57,957 bases of DNA, taken from positions 1 to 57,957 of the forward strand of contig CAJRAX010000006.1 of assembly GCA_907165135.1 (NCBI GenBank), read 5' to 3'. The notes beneath the pieces were generated by a model. It worked only from the letters and a program-made list of their open reading frames with translations. It searched no databases and was not told the origin of the DNA. A program made the translations under genes and the position numbers. Below are positions 41,113 through 54,000 of this stretch, one piece after another. The stretch's first letter is position 1. The number at the start of each line of letters is the position of its first letter. Source of the DNA: Oikopleura dioica. Taxonomy: Eukaryota; Animalia; Chordata.

Positions 41113-42111
41113 CTAAATTTTACTAGAATACTGATTAAAGCGAGTGATTGGAAGGGGAATAAGATCGTCGGTTGGAGAATGCCCGTGCATTAGAGCCAAT
41201 TTGAACGAGTCGTGCGCGTCTTTTCGCTTCGCGAAGTTCCTCCTTTTTACTTCCTGTTGCAGCTTTTCAATGGCCCGTTCTGAAAGAAATTGTAAGGTTT
41301 ATTTTAGACACGAATATCGCTTTCGGGCGTGGCGGAATTTCAATTTTGATGATCAAAATTTGGTCTCATAAATTTGTGACCCAATTTTACGAATTGCTCG
41401 TTAATTAAAGATCATTAAAAATACGCTGAATTGGTAGAGCTAACATGAGTTCGGCTATTTTAACAAGTCTTACATATTCATGTAAACATTACTTTCAACG
41501 AGGGGAGTGTTTATGCTCAAAATACGTAATTTTTACCTTTTGCCGCTACTTTGCGCAAATAGAGTCGGTCCTTGAGCCGCTGGATGGTGGTTTTGAGGGA
41601 TGATGAGATTTCGAATTGATGGGTCATGTCGGCGAGAGTGGGTTAACGCCGTTTGGTGCAGTTAGACAGGGTCGTTTCCTTCAACCAAAGTCGTCCTTTG
41701 GCTGAGCTACTCGTGGTGCGACAACAGGGTGTTTTTCGGTGCCTAGAATCATAAAGTAACCATCACTAGAAATCTTCCTAGCTTTGAAAATACTGACCTG
41801 CAGTTGGAGCACTTGATCGGGAATCAAGTTGAGCCAAGTTCATCAATAGTTTTGCCAGCTTGTGTGTGTGTTGCTGGGCAGTCGCAGCGAAGTCGTGGAG
41901 AAAAGAAAATTGACTGAAGAAGTCGTTCTTTTTCGTATTTGCCCTGGATACAAAATTTAAAAGGTTTTTCTCTCAAGCTGTCTCTAGGCTCTGTTTCTGG
42001 AGTAAAGTGAGCCGCGAGGAAATAAAGAGCGTCCCTTTGTGAGTCAAGTCGTTGGCGCCCCAGGCTTGAAGCTGCGCTCGAGCTGCCACTTAGGGTCGCC
42101 AAATATTCCAA
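41113..42111 (-). CDS. Hypothetical spliced gene(s); either one disrupted gene or two small co-oriented genes
   Basis: Splice-compatible segments KLAKLLMNLAQLDS|GTEKHPVVAP and MTHQFEISSSLKTTIQRLKDRL..K|ERAIEKLQQEVKRR..SKI*. An internal TGA and a frame change lie between them. No family recognised. Confidence 0.3.
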
Positions 42112-43178
42112 ATAGAATGCTTTAGTTGCCTTTTTCTTAGTAAATATAGCTAAATATGGAAGTACTTCAAGAAATACTTTTCGTTCTATTCTACCACTGT
42201 AGTAAAATCATTGAAAGCCATTCTTTTCTGATGAACAACAACGTATTAACAAGATCAACAGAATACGTTTCCACGAATTTCTGTTGATCCACTGATTTTT
42301 ATGGAGATAATCAGAATTTCGTGAACCCACTGTGATTTATTTACATTTTAGAAACAACAGATAAACATGAGAATCGTCAGCTGAATCCACTTGAATATTA
42401 CAGGAGGAACTCATTAGGTTTAATTTATTAACATCTTTGGGTAGAAGATGGGTTCTAGTACTGATGATGTCAGAGAACATTAATTAATTATTTCTATAGG
42501 CAAGAATCTTGGTGAATTAGAGAATATCCAAAGAAGTCCCTTAATGTCACATGGTGCCTAAAGCGTCCACCCACGATCAGTAAATCAAATGGCTTCTTGT
42601 CACCCTTGACAAGGTCGAAGTTGTTACTTTCGTCATCATAATTAACCATTTCTGACGTAGAATGGACAAAACCTATGATGTTTTACAATTGAATACCGGG
42701 CTTAACTGAACGAATGCTTTTCTTTGGCATAAGAAAACAATGGAGAATCTTAAGAAAATCCGCAGTTATTCATCATTAGAGAAAACAAGCGGCCTTGTCT
42801 CAGCGGGAATGATCCTACTTGTAAGTCGTGTGCTTTGTTGACCTTCGGCAAAGATCATTCAAATTCCACCGGCGGCAGTCTTTTGTCGTTTATGGGTTAC
42901 CTGACGCAAAATATGAATCGATAAGCTATTTTCTTGGAAGCCGGCTGAGAATATCACAATGACTCTCATAGATTGAGAATTCTACTGTGCAAATGGTAAT
43001 ATGATGGTATTGAGAATAGAAATCATGGAAAATGATCGTGCTAGTTGCAGTTACATAATTACTTGTTGCCGGGTGTGAGAAGAAATTCGAAGGGCAATAT
43101 ATGCTAGACGAGTGATAAGGCAAGGAAGCTGTCGCAAATACAACTTCGATAGCGTGGGAACCTCAGTTACCCTACGTA

Positions 43179-43487
43179 CTGTGGCATCCGCTACTGGTTG
43201 GCAGTCAAAGCGCCCCTCCTGCCAACTAGTAGCAGTGAGCGCGCGCCGCCAGGGTCCGGGTCCCGTTTTCCTTTCCCAGCAGGAAATCATGCAAATATCT
43301 CGGACTTTTTGGGTGGTTCGATACCGAAAACCATTCCGGAAGTGGTTCTTTTGTAAAACTTCGAATTTGAATGGTTTGATTAGCGTAAATTCTATTTCAA
43401 GCCCCAAATTAGGCTGGCTTATCAAAAGCGCGCGGGTGCCAACTAGTAGCGGAATTTCGGACTGCCAACTAGTAGCGGACGCCATAG
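43179..43487. mobile_element. TA-flanked MITE (309 bp) with ~28-bp TIRs and subterminal repeats
   Basis: TA|CTGTGGCATCCGCTACTGGTTGGCAGTC...GACTGCCAACTAGTAGCGGACGCCATAG|TA. Extra copies of tgccaactagtagc at ~43220 and ~43437. Confidence 0.8.
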
Positions 43488-44236
43488 TATGGATGATACC
43501 GGTTATTCCGAGACCTGCCCTCGAAGCAGATTTCTGAGAATCCTGAGAAATATTTGAAGCTATCAAAATTGATGTCTTGAAATAACAATGATTTTTCCTT
43601 GCTTTTGTATTCTGAAGGGACAACAATATTCTGCGAAGAGTAAGCACTAGAAGTTAGAGGTCACACCCTAGGACTGCCATCCTTGGCGCGAGGTCCCAAA
43701 ACGTATAAACATTGTGACGTCAATTCAGCATCCCTTTTTGGAAGGAATGGCTGCTGTTGCGATTTTTTACGCCGAATTCAAAATTCAACACTTGTAAAAC
43801 ATCATGAAAAAGCTTCATCTTTGGTCGAAGTAAATCTGTAAGCGCAGCAAAATCTAGCTATATTGAGAAATTATTGACGAACTAACAGGATTGACTCGCG
43901 TATGGCCGCGTCTCTTTGTTGATTTCATAAGCATTTCTAGGAAGGCGGTGGCCCAGATAATCGTCGCAGACAGAGGATAACAAGATGAACCCCTGTTGAG
44001 TTCGATCGTCTGCCAATCAGTCCTATCTTTGATTGCTGACGAGACTTGATTCCCGCAGCTAATTTCTCTTATGCGCTATTTTCTGTGTGACCTGGCTTTA
44101 TTTTGATGCGAGCTTGATAAAATTTAGTCTCAGTAGATCGCGCCATTGCCATTTACGGACAGACAGCTAGATTGATAAATTCCGGGACTCAAAGACTCAA
44201 AAATAAGATTGAGAATATGTTTATGCATTCGGCAAT

Positions 44237-44757
44237 TTATTCTGAAGGTGGTGTGCTCTGAAGCTTTGCGATTTTTTCCTCAAGAAGCTTGAATTCATTT
44301 GCTGTTGCTTCAGAAATTCGCTTCTGAGATTGTTTTATCAGCTGGTGAATTGCATCTAGCTCGATTTTCGTGTCCTCGAGCTTATCATCGACCTTCTTCT
44401 CATCATTTTCGCTTTCTGGCGATTCAGCTTGGTTACTTTCCTCAAGCTTCTTCTTCAGATTGTCATTTTCCTAATTGTTTTGAATGTGATAGGAATGTTT
44501 AGTCGCCTACTTTTTCGTCAATTCATGAGCTTCATTTTCAAGAATCAGGACGCGTTCGAACTCCGTTAATTGCCCCTTGAGCTGGGCAATCTCATTTTGT
44601 TGGTCGCTTACATTCGCCTTCAGAGATTTAGTTAAACATACATAAGGGTTCAAGGTACCTTTAGATCGTTGAATTCTTTCTCATCCTTTTCAATTTTTCC
44701 TTGAAGCTCTCTAATATGATCTACGAGAATCGCATTCTCGTCTTGCAAAGTGCTCAT
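44237..44757 (-). CDS. Small coiled-coil protein (3 exons; start tentative); frameshift at donor 44511-44515
   Basis: MSTLQDENAILVDHIRELQGKIEK..|ANVSDQQNEIAQLKGQL..|ENDNLKKKLEE..KLQSTPPSE*; heptad-like E/K/L composition; GT-AG introns. Confidence 0.55.
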
Positions 44758-45311
44758 TATTCAGACTTATTTTTGATACTGGACTTTCGCGGTCAGTGAA
44801 AATTGAAAAAGGCCGCGCTTGAAAACGTTCCGATTTATTATTTGTAAATTTGATATGCAAATTTGCCGAAGGAAATGATTATTCAGTTCTTTTGTTTATC
44901 GAAAAAGAGCTCTCTCAGCTGGTGAACTTGCAACTGGGCAACTGCGTGCTTTGACGCTAGAATAATGAATAAAAAGTTGTCTATGCGAAGTAGAATTTAT
45001 TTTAATAAATACCATATTCAACCAAAAAGTGAAGGGAAGAGAGCTGAACAAGGGGGGCAAAGAATAATTAAATGGAATGAGTTAAATTTTACAGAAGCAG
45101 AAGATAAGCAAAAGAAAGAACATTGAAAGGTAAAGATCAATAAGTAGTACCCAGGCATTTTTTTACATGCTTAGTACGGAAACTTGGAAAAGAATTGTAA
45201 CAGTCATGACTTGTACGGTATATTCGCAAAAATGTGGTAATATGCTCAAATTAACTAATTTACAAAAGAGAAAAGACTGATGCTCTTGTTTCTTCGAGAA
45301 AACTAAGAAAA

Positions 45312-46353
45312 TTAAAGATTTAGTCGATATTTTCGCCGCGTTTGATCATCGACACTAACGTAATTTTTCGGAAAGAAGCCGCGTTTTTCGGGGTTCGATT
45401 CTAGATGCCCAAACCACCAGTCGCTATCTGAAAGAAAATTTCAATAGAAGAAGGAATATCGGTGTTTTACCTAGATTGCTCTTTTCTTGTCCAGGAACTG
45501 AAACATGAACTTGGATCCTCGTGTGAGGCTCGAAGCCCAATTCGTCGCCGACTTCACTTTTAAAACGATAAGCAGAGACGGCTGAAAAAAGGGATCAGAG
45601 CAAGTGGTGGTTTTAAGTTCTTTACCTTGGAATGTTTCGACTTGTTGCGTTTGATTTAAGTTGACTTCAACGAGTCGAAGATCTGTTTCTCGGCTCACCG
45701 AGTGCTGCATGTGATGATGAACGAGTTGGTTGAGACTGAAGAACGTTTCTGACCAGAGATGATATTGACCCTCTGAATTTAATGATCAGCTAGAGATAGT
45801 CTTTTGACTGTCAAAATTGTTATTCTTACGTTGATTCTTCAAAATTCGATAGTGTTCGACCAAATTTCTATGCGAGGTATTCTTCACCGACAACGAGAAA
45901 GCACCCGGGCCGCCACTCTTTTCAGACGCGCGGATCAAGAACGCCCCTCGAGGCAGACTGAAACAAATTTGTTAGTATTTAATCAGTTGAAGTAGGGGCG
46001 TACTCTTGTCTGGAGAGAATCTGTTCGGCATGTTGTCTAGGCACGCCGCCGTGGAACCATGGATTAGGCTTTAATTACTGTAATTTAGAAAAGAAAATTT
46101 GAGATTTACCAGAAGTTCGACATAATTCGCAGGAACGTAACCAGTTCTTCCTTGAAATTCGGCTCTGTGGTGTTCATTTTGCTAATTTTTAAATGATTAA
46201 TTATAACTAATAAATTATATTATATAATATGGAGATATAAACAAGAAGATTAAGAAGACTTACGATATCAATAACAGTCAGGAAATCTCCCTGACGAAAA
46301 CTGAGCTCATCGGAAGATCGACCGTTGAAATCGTAAAGCGCCCGCGCTTCCAT
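45312..46353 (-). CDS. GRB2: GRB2-like SH3-SH2-SH3 adaptor (copy A, many short exons)
   Basis: MEARALYDF..DELSFRQGD..GYVPANYVEL; SH2 PWFHG..GAFLIRASE..FSLS..EHYRIL..YHLWSETFFSLNQLV; SH3 DELGF..DWWFGHL..RGFFPKNYV. Confidence 0.8.
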
Positions 46354-46623
46354 TTATCTTTCTCGATTTTCACTAGAAATATCCCTTTTTTCTTCTGGTT
46401 CCTTTTGTTTCTTTCTGTTTCTCGCGAACGATCACACAATCATTTAATTGAGTGCTCTAGTCATCGACACACTCGTACAGTCGTTATTCGCAGTCTAACT
46501 GGATCGGGCTCAAGATAAAGCGCATGCATTTTTCAATCCGCAATTTTAATTATACAGAACTATACATACAGCTGGAGCAGTGATTTTGAATAATAAGCAG
46601 GGTATTCTCTCAGAATTGAATCT

Positions 46624-47520
46624 TCACAAAATCTTCACGAACTCGCGAGGGAAAAAGCCCTTCTCTGACGGTTTTCCTTCAAGATTGCCATATAGCCACT
46701 CGGAATCTAAAAAGTATTTTCACAAAATGAATTCGTATTTTTGTAGGATACCATCGTAAGTTTCAAAAGCGGGTTTCTTTCGACCTTCTTGTGGAACTGG
46801 TATTTTCTTATGAACGATTATGTGACTCCCGGCACCAAAGCTGAGCTCGTTTATTTCTTCTTTTTTGAAGGAGAAAAGGGCGATTGCTAGAAATATTTGT
46901 GTATTTAAAATGGCCTGAGACTAGGATGGTCAGAAAGTGAAATTACCTGGTGTAGGCTTTCCAATATCGTTCTCGCCGCCTCTGAAGCCAAGATCAACAT
47001 GGTGAAGCTGTGGTGCACCTTGTGGTGCTTCGGGGTCATTCTGAGGATCACTGTACCAAAGGACTAGTTCATCCAGACTCGAAAATCTTCTATTCTCATA
47101 CATCCAGTAAAGCCCTTCTTCGTCCTTGGCGATTCGGTAGTGCTGAACAATCTCTGGACAATTCTCGTTTTTCACTGACAAGCCAAACAGAAATGTGTCA
47201 TTCGGCTTCGTCTTTTGGCGATTTCTGATGAGAAAGCTTCCGTGAGGCGCATTTCTGAGGATGTTTTCTGCTTCTTCACGTTCTATATGACCAAGAAACC
47301 ACGGAACATCTCGTTTGAGCTTTACGTAATTTCCAGGAACGTATCGTTCTTCTCCTTTTATGTCAGCCAAGAAAAAATCTCCCTAAAAAGAAACTTCGAA
47401 CGCGAGGATTTTTCAAAAACATACAGAATTATCAAGGATGTTAATCTCTAGGCCAACAGTAAGGGTGAATTCGTCGCCTTGTGCTTGCACTTGATAATCG
47501 CAAATCGCCACGGCTTCCAT
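46624..47520 (-). CDS. GRB2/GRAP-like SH3-SH2-SH3 adaptor (copy B, more divergent)
   Basis: MEAVAICDY..DEFTLTVG..YVPGNYV; SH2 PWFLGHIEREEAE..GSFLIRN..VQHYRI; SH3 ALFSF..NELSFGAG..EWLYG..KGFFPREFV. Confidence 0.8.
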
Positions 47521-47709
47521 CGGAAGATTTCGGCTGGGATTCTTCGACTTCTCTAGAGATTTGTAATTTCTCCCGCGCGCGCCTGATTGGTCGGTCAAAT
47601 TAGTGCCCTTTTTGGGGAGTCCGGAAACTGGAAGACCTGCTTTTCACCGACAAACTTACCACCAGCTGATTTAACATACATCGATAGAGTTTTCTCTTGA
47701 TCTAAGAAT

Positions 47710-48735
47710 ATGAATAGAGAAAATTTTCATGATAAAGATCAGGAAGATCATTTGACGAAGATCGAACTGCAATTTTCTGATGACATGGGATGCTACAGCA
47801 AAGACTTTCTGCGTGAGAATTTTCCCTACTTCAAGGCACTATTTGAATCTGGAATGAGCGATGCTTGGTAATTTTTACAATCTCGCGGTATATTTCAATT
47901 CTTCAGTAAGAACGAATATTCTCTCCCGATGAAGAGATCGGTTTTCGATGTGTTTCGTCAAAATGGCGAAGCGTTTCTGCAAGATCTTGCAGGAATAAAT
48001 GATGGTTCCGAAGGGTTTCCTGGTAGCATTAGAGATGCTATTCTATTCTTGCAGATTGATCATAAGCTGGTTAGTTATCCGTCAGGACAATTGTGTCAAC
48101 TGAAAGAGAAGATTGAGTCTTCGTGGTTTCACGCTGGTGGCGACCTGGAAGTCTTTCCAGTATCATTAGCGCGGGATTTCGTCAAACTTCGATATTTTCA
48201 TGATGAGATAATGAAAATAGGGACAGAAGAGAAAGAGAAGAACGAGTGGCGTAAGACGAAGATACCGGATATTATCCCTATTGTACCGAAGAAATACACC
48301 CAGATGCAATATATTCCCAATTGCAAATTTATTGCTTTCTTCCAGAAAGAAATGCTCGACAATTGCGAGGTGGAATCAATTTTGTTCGACGACGATATTG
48401 TCTACTGCTTGTGAGTAGCCCTGAAAAATACCTTTTTATCCCTTGTTTCTAGTGCCTTGGAAAAAGAGACAGATTTCAAAATAGCGGAATATGAAATTCA
48501 AGAGCGTCGAATCTCCGATTTTCTTGGCGATGAGGATAAGAATTCACAACTTATGCTTGAAGGAATCAGCCCGTCTTTCCCGCTTGTTTCCGTTAAATCA
48601 AAAGAGACAAACAGTTTTACCGTCACAGTCAAGTCCCCCTTCTCGCAGAAGAAAATTTTTATTCAAAATGGATTCCGAAGGAAAGGACCTTGGCGAAGAC
48701 TCTTTGACTTTTCTTTTGACATATTCTTTTCTTAG
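47710..48735 (+). CDS. Hypothetical protein with N-terminal BTB/POZ-like segment (3' end uncertain)
   Basis: FLRENFPYFKALFESGMSDA resembles the BTB S.YF.A.F...M.E motif. Two in-phase GT-AG introns link it to ORFs 47929-48414 and 48457-48735. Confidence 0.45.
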
Positions 48736-49201
48736 ATTTTGTAGTATTTTTAATTTCATCCTGACTTACTAAAACTGCCTTTGAAAGAACTACTGCTGTT
48801 AATCAGTCAACTTATCATAACCTGCTTCAGAAATGGCGACATTCCGGGTAAGCAAACAAGACTCTTCTATGATTTCTGATGGATCTTATTGAGGAACAAA
48901 CTATGAGGCTAAATTAGAGACAGCGCGCAACGGAAAAACCAAGATGCACGATTTTCACGCATGCTCCAAAGATGGCATTTCCCCGATAAACTACCTCTTT
49001 TTCAAAAAGTTGCGGGGGTCATGGCGTTTTGGGAAAATTGGTTTGGTCTTGCCACCAAGCGGGTCGACTTCGTTGGCTCGAAAGTGCTTCGGATATAAAC
49101 AGCCCGGCAGCGGAAAACGCCTCACTCCAGTCTTCGCCGAGATTTTAAAATCTCGCCAAAACCAGAGCCCTTGAGTTTTTGATTTTTGAAACCAATTTAT
49201 C

Positions 49202-50775
49202 ATGCGGGAAGTTATCTCCATCCACGTCGGCCAGGTAAAGCGAAAACAGAGAGATAGAATTAATATTATTTTTCAATCGCTGACCTATTTTCAGGCCGGT
49301 TGCCAAATCGGCAACTCGTGCTGGGAGCTCTACTGCTTGGAGCACGGGATCAACCCCGACGGAACCGTTCCAGCAGGAATGAACAACGAGAACTTCTCGA
49401 CGTTCTTTTCCGAGACTGGAACCGGCCAATTCGTTCCTCGCTCCGTCTTCATGGACTTGGAGTCGTCCGTCATCGGCCAGATCCGCACTGGAACCTACAA
49501 GCAGCTCTTCCACCCGGAGCAGCTGATCACTGGCAAGGTAGCAGTTTTTTTATGATTCCGGACTAAAATCATTTTCAGGAAGATGCAGCGAACAACTACG
49601 CCCGTGGCCACTACACCATCGGCAAGGAGATCATCGACCGGGTCCTGGACCGAATCCGAAAGCTCTCGGATAACTGCACCGGTCTCCAGGGCTTCATGGT
49701 CTTCCACTCCTTTGGTGGCGGCACCGGAAGCGGTTTCACCTCGCTTCTGATGGAGCGACTTTCCGTCGACTACGGAAAGAAGGCGAAGTTCCAGTTCGCG
49801 GTCTACCCAGCTCCGCAGGTGTCGACTGCCGTGGTTGAGCCCTACAACTCGATCTTGACCACACATACGACTCTGGAGCACACCGACTGTGCGTTTATGG
49901 TCGACAATGAGGCCATCTACGATCTCTGTACGAAGAGGTAAGATTGTCAACGCCATTTTATTATCCAACCGAAAATCTTTAGACTCGGCGTAGAGCGACC
50001 ATCGTACAGCAACCTTAACCGAATTATCGCTCAGGTTGTCTCCTCGATCACCGCTTCGCTGCGATTCGAAGGATCGCTCAACGTGGATCTTAACGAGTTC
50101 CAAACGAACTTGGTGCCGTATCCACGAATCCACTTCCCGTTGGCGACCTACGCGCCGATCATTTCCGCCGAAAAAGCGTTCCACGAATCGCTTTCTGTAG
50201 CGGAATTGACCAACGCTTGCTTCGAGCCGGGCGGACAGCTGGTCAAATGCGACCCAAGAACTGGTAAATTTTTAAAAGAGAAAACTAATCCTAAAATTTT
50301 GTCTAGGCAAGTACATGTCGTGCTGCCTGCTCTACCGCGGCGACGTTGTACCCAAGGATGCCAACGCTGCGATCGCCGGCATCAAAGCTCGACGATCCGT
50401 CCAATTCGTCGACTGGTGCCCAACCGGCTTCAAGGTTGGCATCAACAACGAGGCACCCGCCGTCGTGCCGAACTCGGACCTCGCCAAGGTTCGACGAGCA
50501 CTCTGCATGCTCTCTAACACGACGGCGATCGCAGACGCCTGGTCGAGATTGAACCACAAGTTCGATCTCATGTACGCGAAGAGAGCCTTCGTCCACTGGT
50601 AAGAATACTCAAATATGCAAGAGCTAAAGTTACCTTCAGGTATGTCGGTGAAGGCATGGAGGAAGGCGAATTCTCCGAAGCCCGAGAGGATCTCGCAGCC
50701 TTGGAAAAGGATTACGAGGAAGTTGGAATGGACACCAACGACGCTGAGGGCGAAGAAGACGAAGAGGAATATTAA
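49202..50775 (+). CDS. TUBA: Divergent alpha-tubulin (6 exons)
   Basis: [74 protein letters not shown]; C-terminal EEEY*. Confidence 0.97.
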
Positions 50776-51049
50776 ATTCATTTTTTGAAATAATAAGTTC
50801 AAGAAATAAACCTCTTTTTCTTATCTTTTAGTTTGTAATTGATTTGATGCAGGTTATCCACAATAACATTGATTATAAAAACACCAGTAAATCACTCTCA
50901 ATAGCAGGCTAATCAAGAGCATATGGAAAACAAAGCAGCCTGCATTCTCTTATAAATACAAGAATAACCCGCTTGAAATTCATGAACCCTTAAAAATTCA
51001 AAACCCCCGCGCGCTTCCGCATCTTTTCCTTCACAAACTAATTGTAAAT

Positions 51050-54000
51050 ATGACAAGGAGAGCTTATTACCCGAAAATTCCGCAGGACGAAAAAGCAAAA
51101 TATGCAAAAATAAGATTAACGACGAAACAACGTTACGTTAAAAGAATTCTAGTGGCGTCTTTTTATTTTTTCTACATCCTTGTCGGCGCATACATTTTCA
51201 GCTTACTTGAGCATCCCCTGGAAAAGAGACTCTGTAATGAAGCGATTGAAGAAATTGAAATTCAGTAAGCATCAGTGTCCCTTTCACTATCAAATGTTCT
51301 TGAAGGATCGAAAATTACGAGAAAACGAAAGAGTATTTGACCAGAGAGCTTATTTTTCCAAATGCGACCCTCCCACCAGAACTGAACATTACAACAGCAA
51401 TATTTGATGTCTCGACTCTAGCCCCAAAAACGATCCTATCTACCCAAAACTTTACTGTCGCTGAAGCAACTGAAACTTATTCAATATCCCCGGCACCAGC
51501 GAGAATTCGACGGCAAGTAAATATTGATAGCATTCTGTTGGAGTACAGCTTCTGTACCCACAACGAAACGGGGGCAATCATCATGGAGCTTCCAGATGAT
51601 GATATGCTGATGATCTTGCGATCCTCCCACGAGGATTTTTTCTCTCACACAGTTTCTATTTCGGGGATCAACGAGGAGAACAAGGAATTCGAGAATGCTG
51701 ATGAATATAAAAGGTAAATTTGCAAGTTCAAATGATTACGATTCAATTTTAAATTTAAGTTTGTTTGGAGGACTAAAGACTTCTTCGATAACAACAGGAC
51801 TTCGATTTGTAAACGATTTCGCTCAATTAACGCTGAAATGGAGTGGCTCAACTGCGATATGTCTTGAAAGATTGATTCTCAAGCTTCCGAATGGGATGCA
51901 AGCCGATTTGATTGCAAAGGAGAAGAGAAACGCAAATTATATTTGGTTCAGTACTAAGTGCGATGATTTTATCGACAGGAAAGAGTTTGAAATATCAACG
52001 AACTGTCGTCAAACTTCAAACTACTTCTTTGATTACGAGTGGACGTCTTGGGCCGACTGGGGAAGCTGTTCAAGCTCATGTGGACTTGGCACCAGGCAAC
52101 GAAGTCGATCTTGTGGCCAAAAGAAGCAGAATTATAATGAATTTGCAGCTATTCCAAGCGAAAGATTCACCGTTTTGCCCGTTGATGAAGTCCGACTTTG
52201 CGCCAATCTTGAGGAGGACTACATCGAAAACCAGCCTTGTTTGAATTCAACCTGTCCGGTTATCACTGAATGGTCGAACTGGTCTGATTGTTCTGAGACT
52301 TGTGGTACTGGAGTTCTTTATCGCAATAGAAAGTGTGAAGTGTCTGGTGATGAATGTCTTGGTGGAGAATTTGAAGTAGAGAGTTGTGAAACAAATGAAA
52401 AGTGTGCGACTGCAGTGTCACCTGAAAATGTAACCATAGACAATATGACAGTGTCAACAGGATCTACTACAGTTTCTCCATCGACAGAGGAAGCTAGTGA
52501 CTGTGTTTGCGAAGAACCTGAAGTTAAAGAAATCATCAAAGAAGTCGATAAAGTTATAGAAGTTGAGTCCGAAGAATGTGAAGCATTGAAAAGACAGGGA
52601 CTTCCACCATGTGTTTATGAAATCATGCAGAACATGACGTATATAAACGGAAAAAGTAATCTTTTGTTCGACCAAAGTGCTACGGTAAGCGTATCTGATA
52701 ATTTACGGTTACTAGAATTTCAATAGTTCAGCTTCACTTTGGACAATGTCAGAATCCCCTATGCTCTTGATGGCAACGTGACTGACATGCTGATGGAAAT
52801 ATCGAGAAATCTAACCGTCGTTACCCAGAACTTGACTTTATTTAGTTACAACTTGACAGACCCAGTATTTGAAAATGTAACAATTGGTGAGACTCAAATT
52901 TGGGAATTCGGTTTGACAAGAGCGAATCTTGAGGCCAGAAGGCTTTCAGAATCAATTCTATCATCTGTCAGTGGGATTATAAGAGACGAAGTGGAGTTGC
53001 TTGTTGAGAGAGCAAATCTAACAGTTAATCAGTCAATAGAACTCATCGATGTGAAGCAAGGAGACCGGCTGTATACTATCGCCAAGCTTCAAAAAACACG
53101 AGATGATGTAGGAAACATAACGTGCGAGGTGGACAGTCTTTTTGAACGATTTGTAGTCGACTTTCTTGTTGACGAACCTAAGCGCATCAAGCATATTATT
53201 AACGATGTCAATTCAGTAATCGACGAGCTAGAAGAGGCAAAGAGTCAATCGATATATTTTATGAGAGCCTTATCGACTGAATTCAGTAGAAATCTCACTT
53301 CAGCTATAGAATCAGAAATGAGAATGGCGGAGGAACTGAAGCAAGTAGAACTCATTCTTATCAACAAAGAAAAGCTGGTTGAAGATCAATCGGAGAAGAT
53401 AGACACCTGTGGGGCCAATCTTGAAAGTACTCTTGAAAAATATTTGGATTGTCGGGTTCCAAAGAGGATGATGAACGGATCGATTTACGGAACAGACTCC
53501 TATCTTCAGCCGGAAAAGAAAATACACGATTCGCTCCAAAACTTCGTTCCTTCTTATGGCACTGAAAATGGAACATTCACTTGTCCGAATTTCTGGAATT
53601 ACAAAAACTCTCTTTTCTACGTTTTCAATACTATCGCCGTTTTGGGGAGCAAAGACATGGAGCCCTTCACAACATCGGGAAAGGTTTTCAAGGTTTTTTA
53701 TTCGCTTGTTGGCATCTGCGCTTTCCTGGCTTTATATTTCTCAATTTCTTCATTTGTTCTTGCGAAGGTTAATAATTACGCTGACAAGCTTGGGAAGAAT
53801 TATTCGTCTGATAAAAAGTATAGAATTCACGTTGGTTTTGTACTTTTTCTTATTTCATTTTGGGTTTGCTTTCTTGTGCTTATACCATCGAATGCTATTT
53901 CACAGGTGAAGTTTTTAGCGAATTCATCAGGTAACATTGAAAATTATTAGATCGAAGGGTGGTCCTTTGGCGATTCTGTGTATTATCTAATGTCATCATC

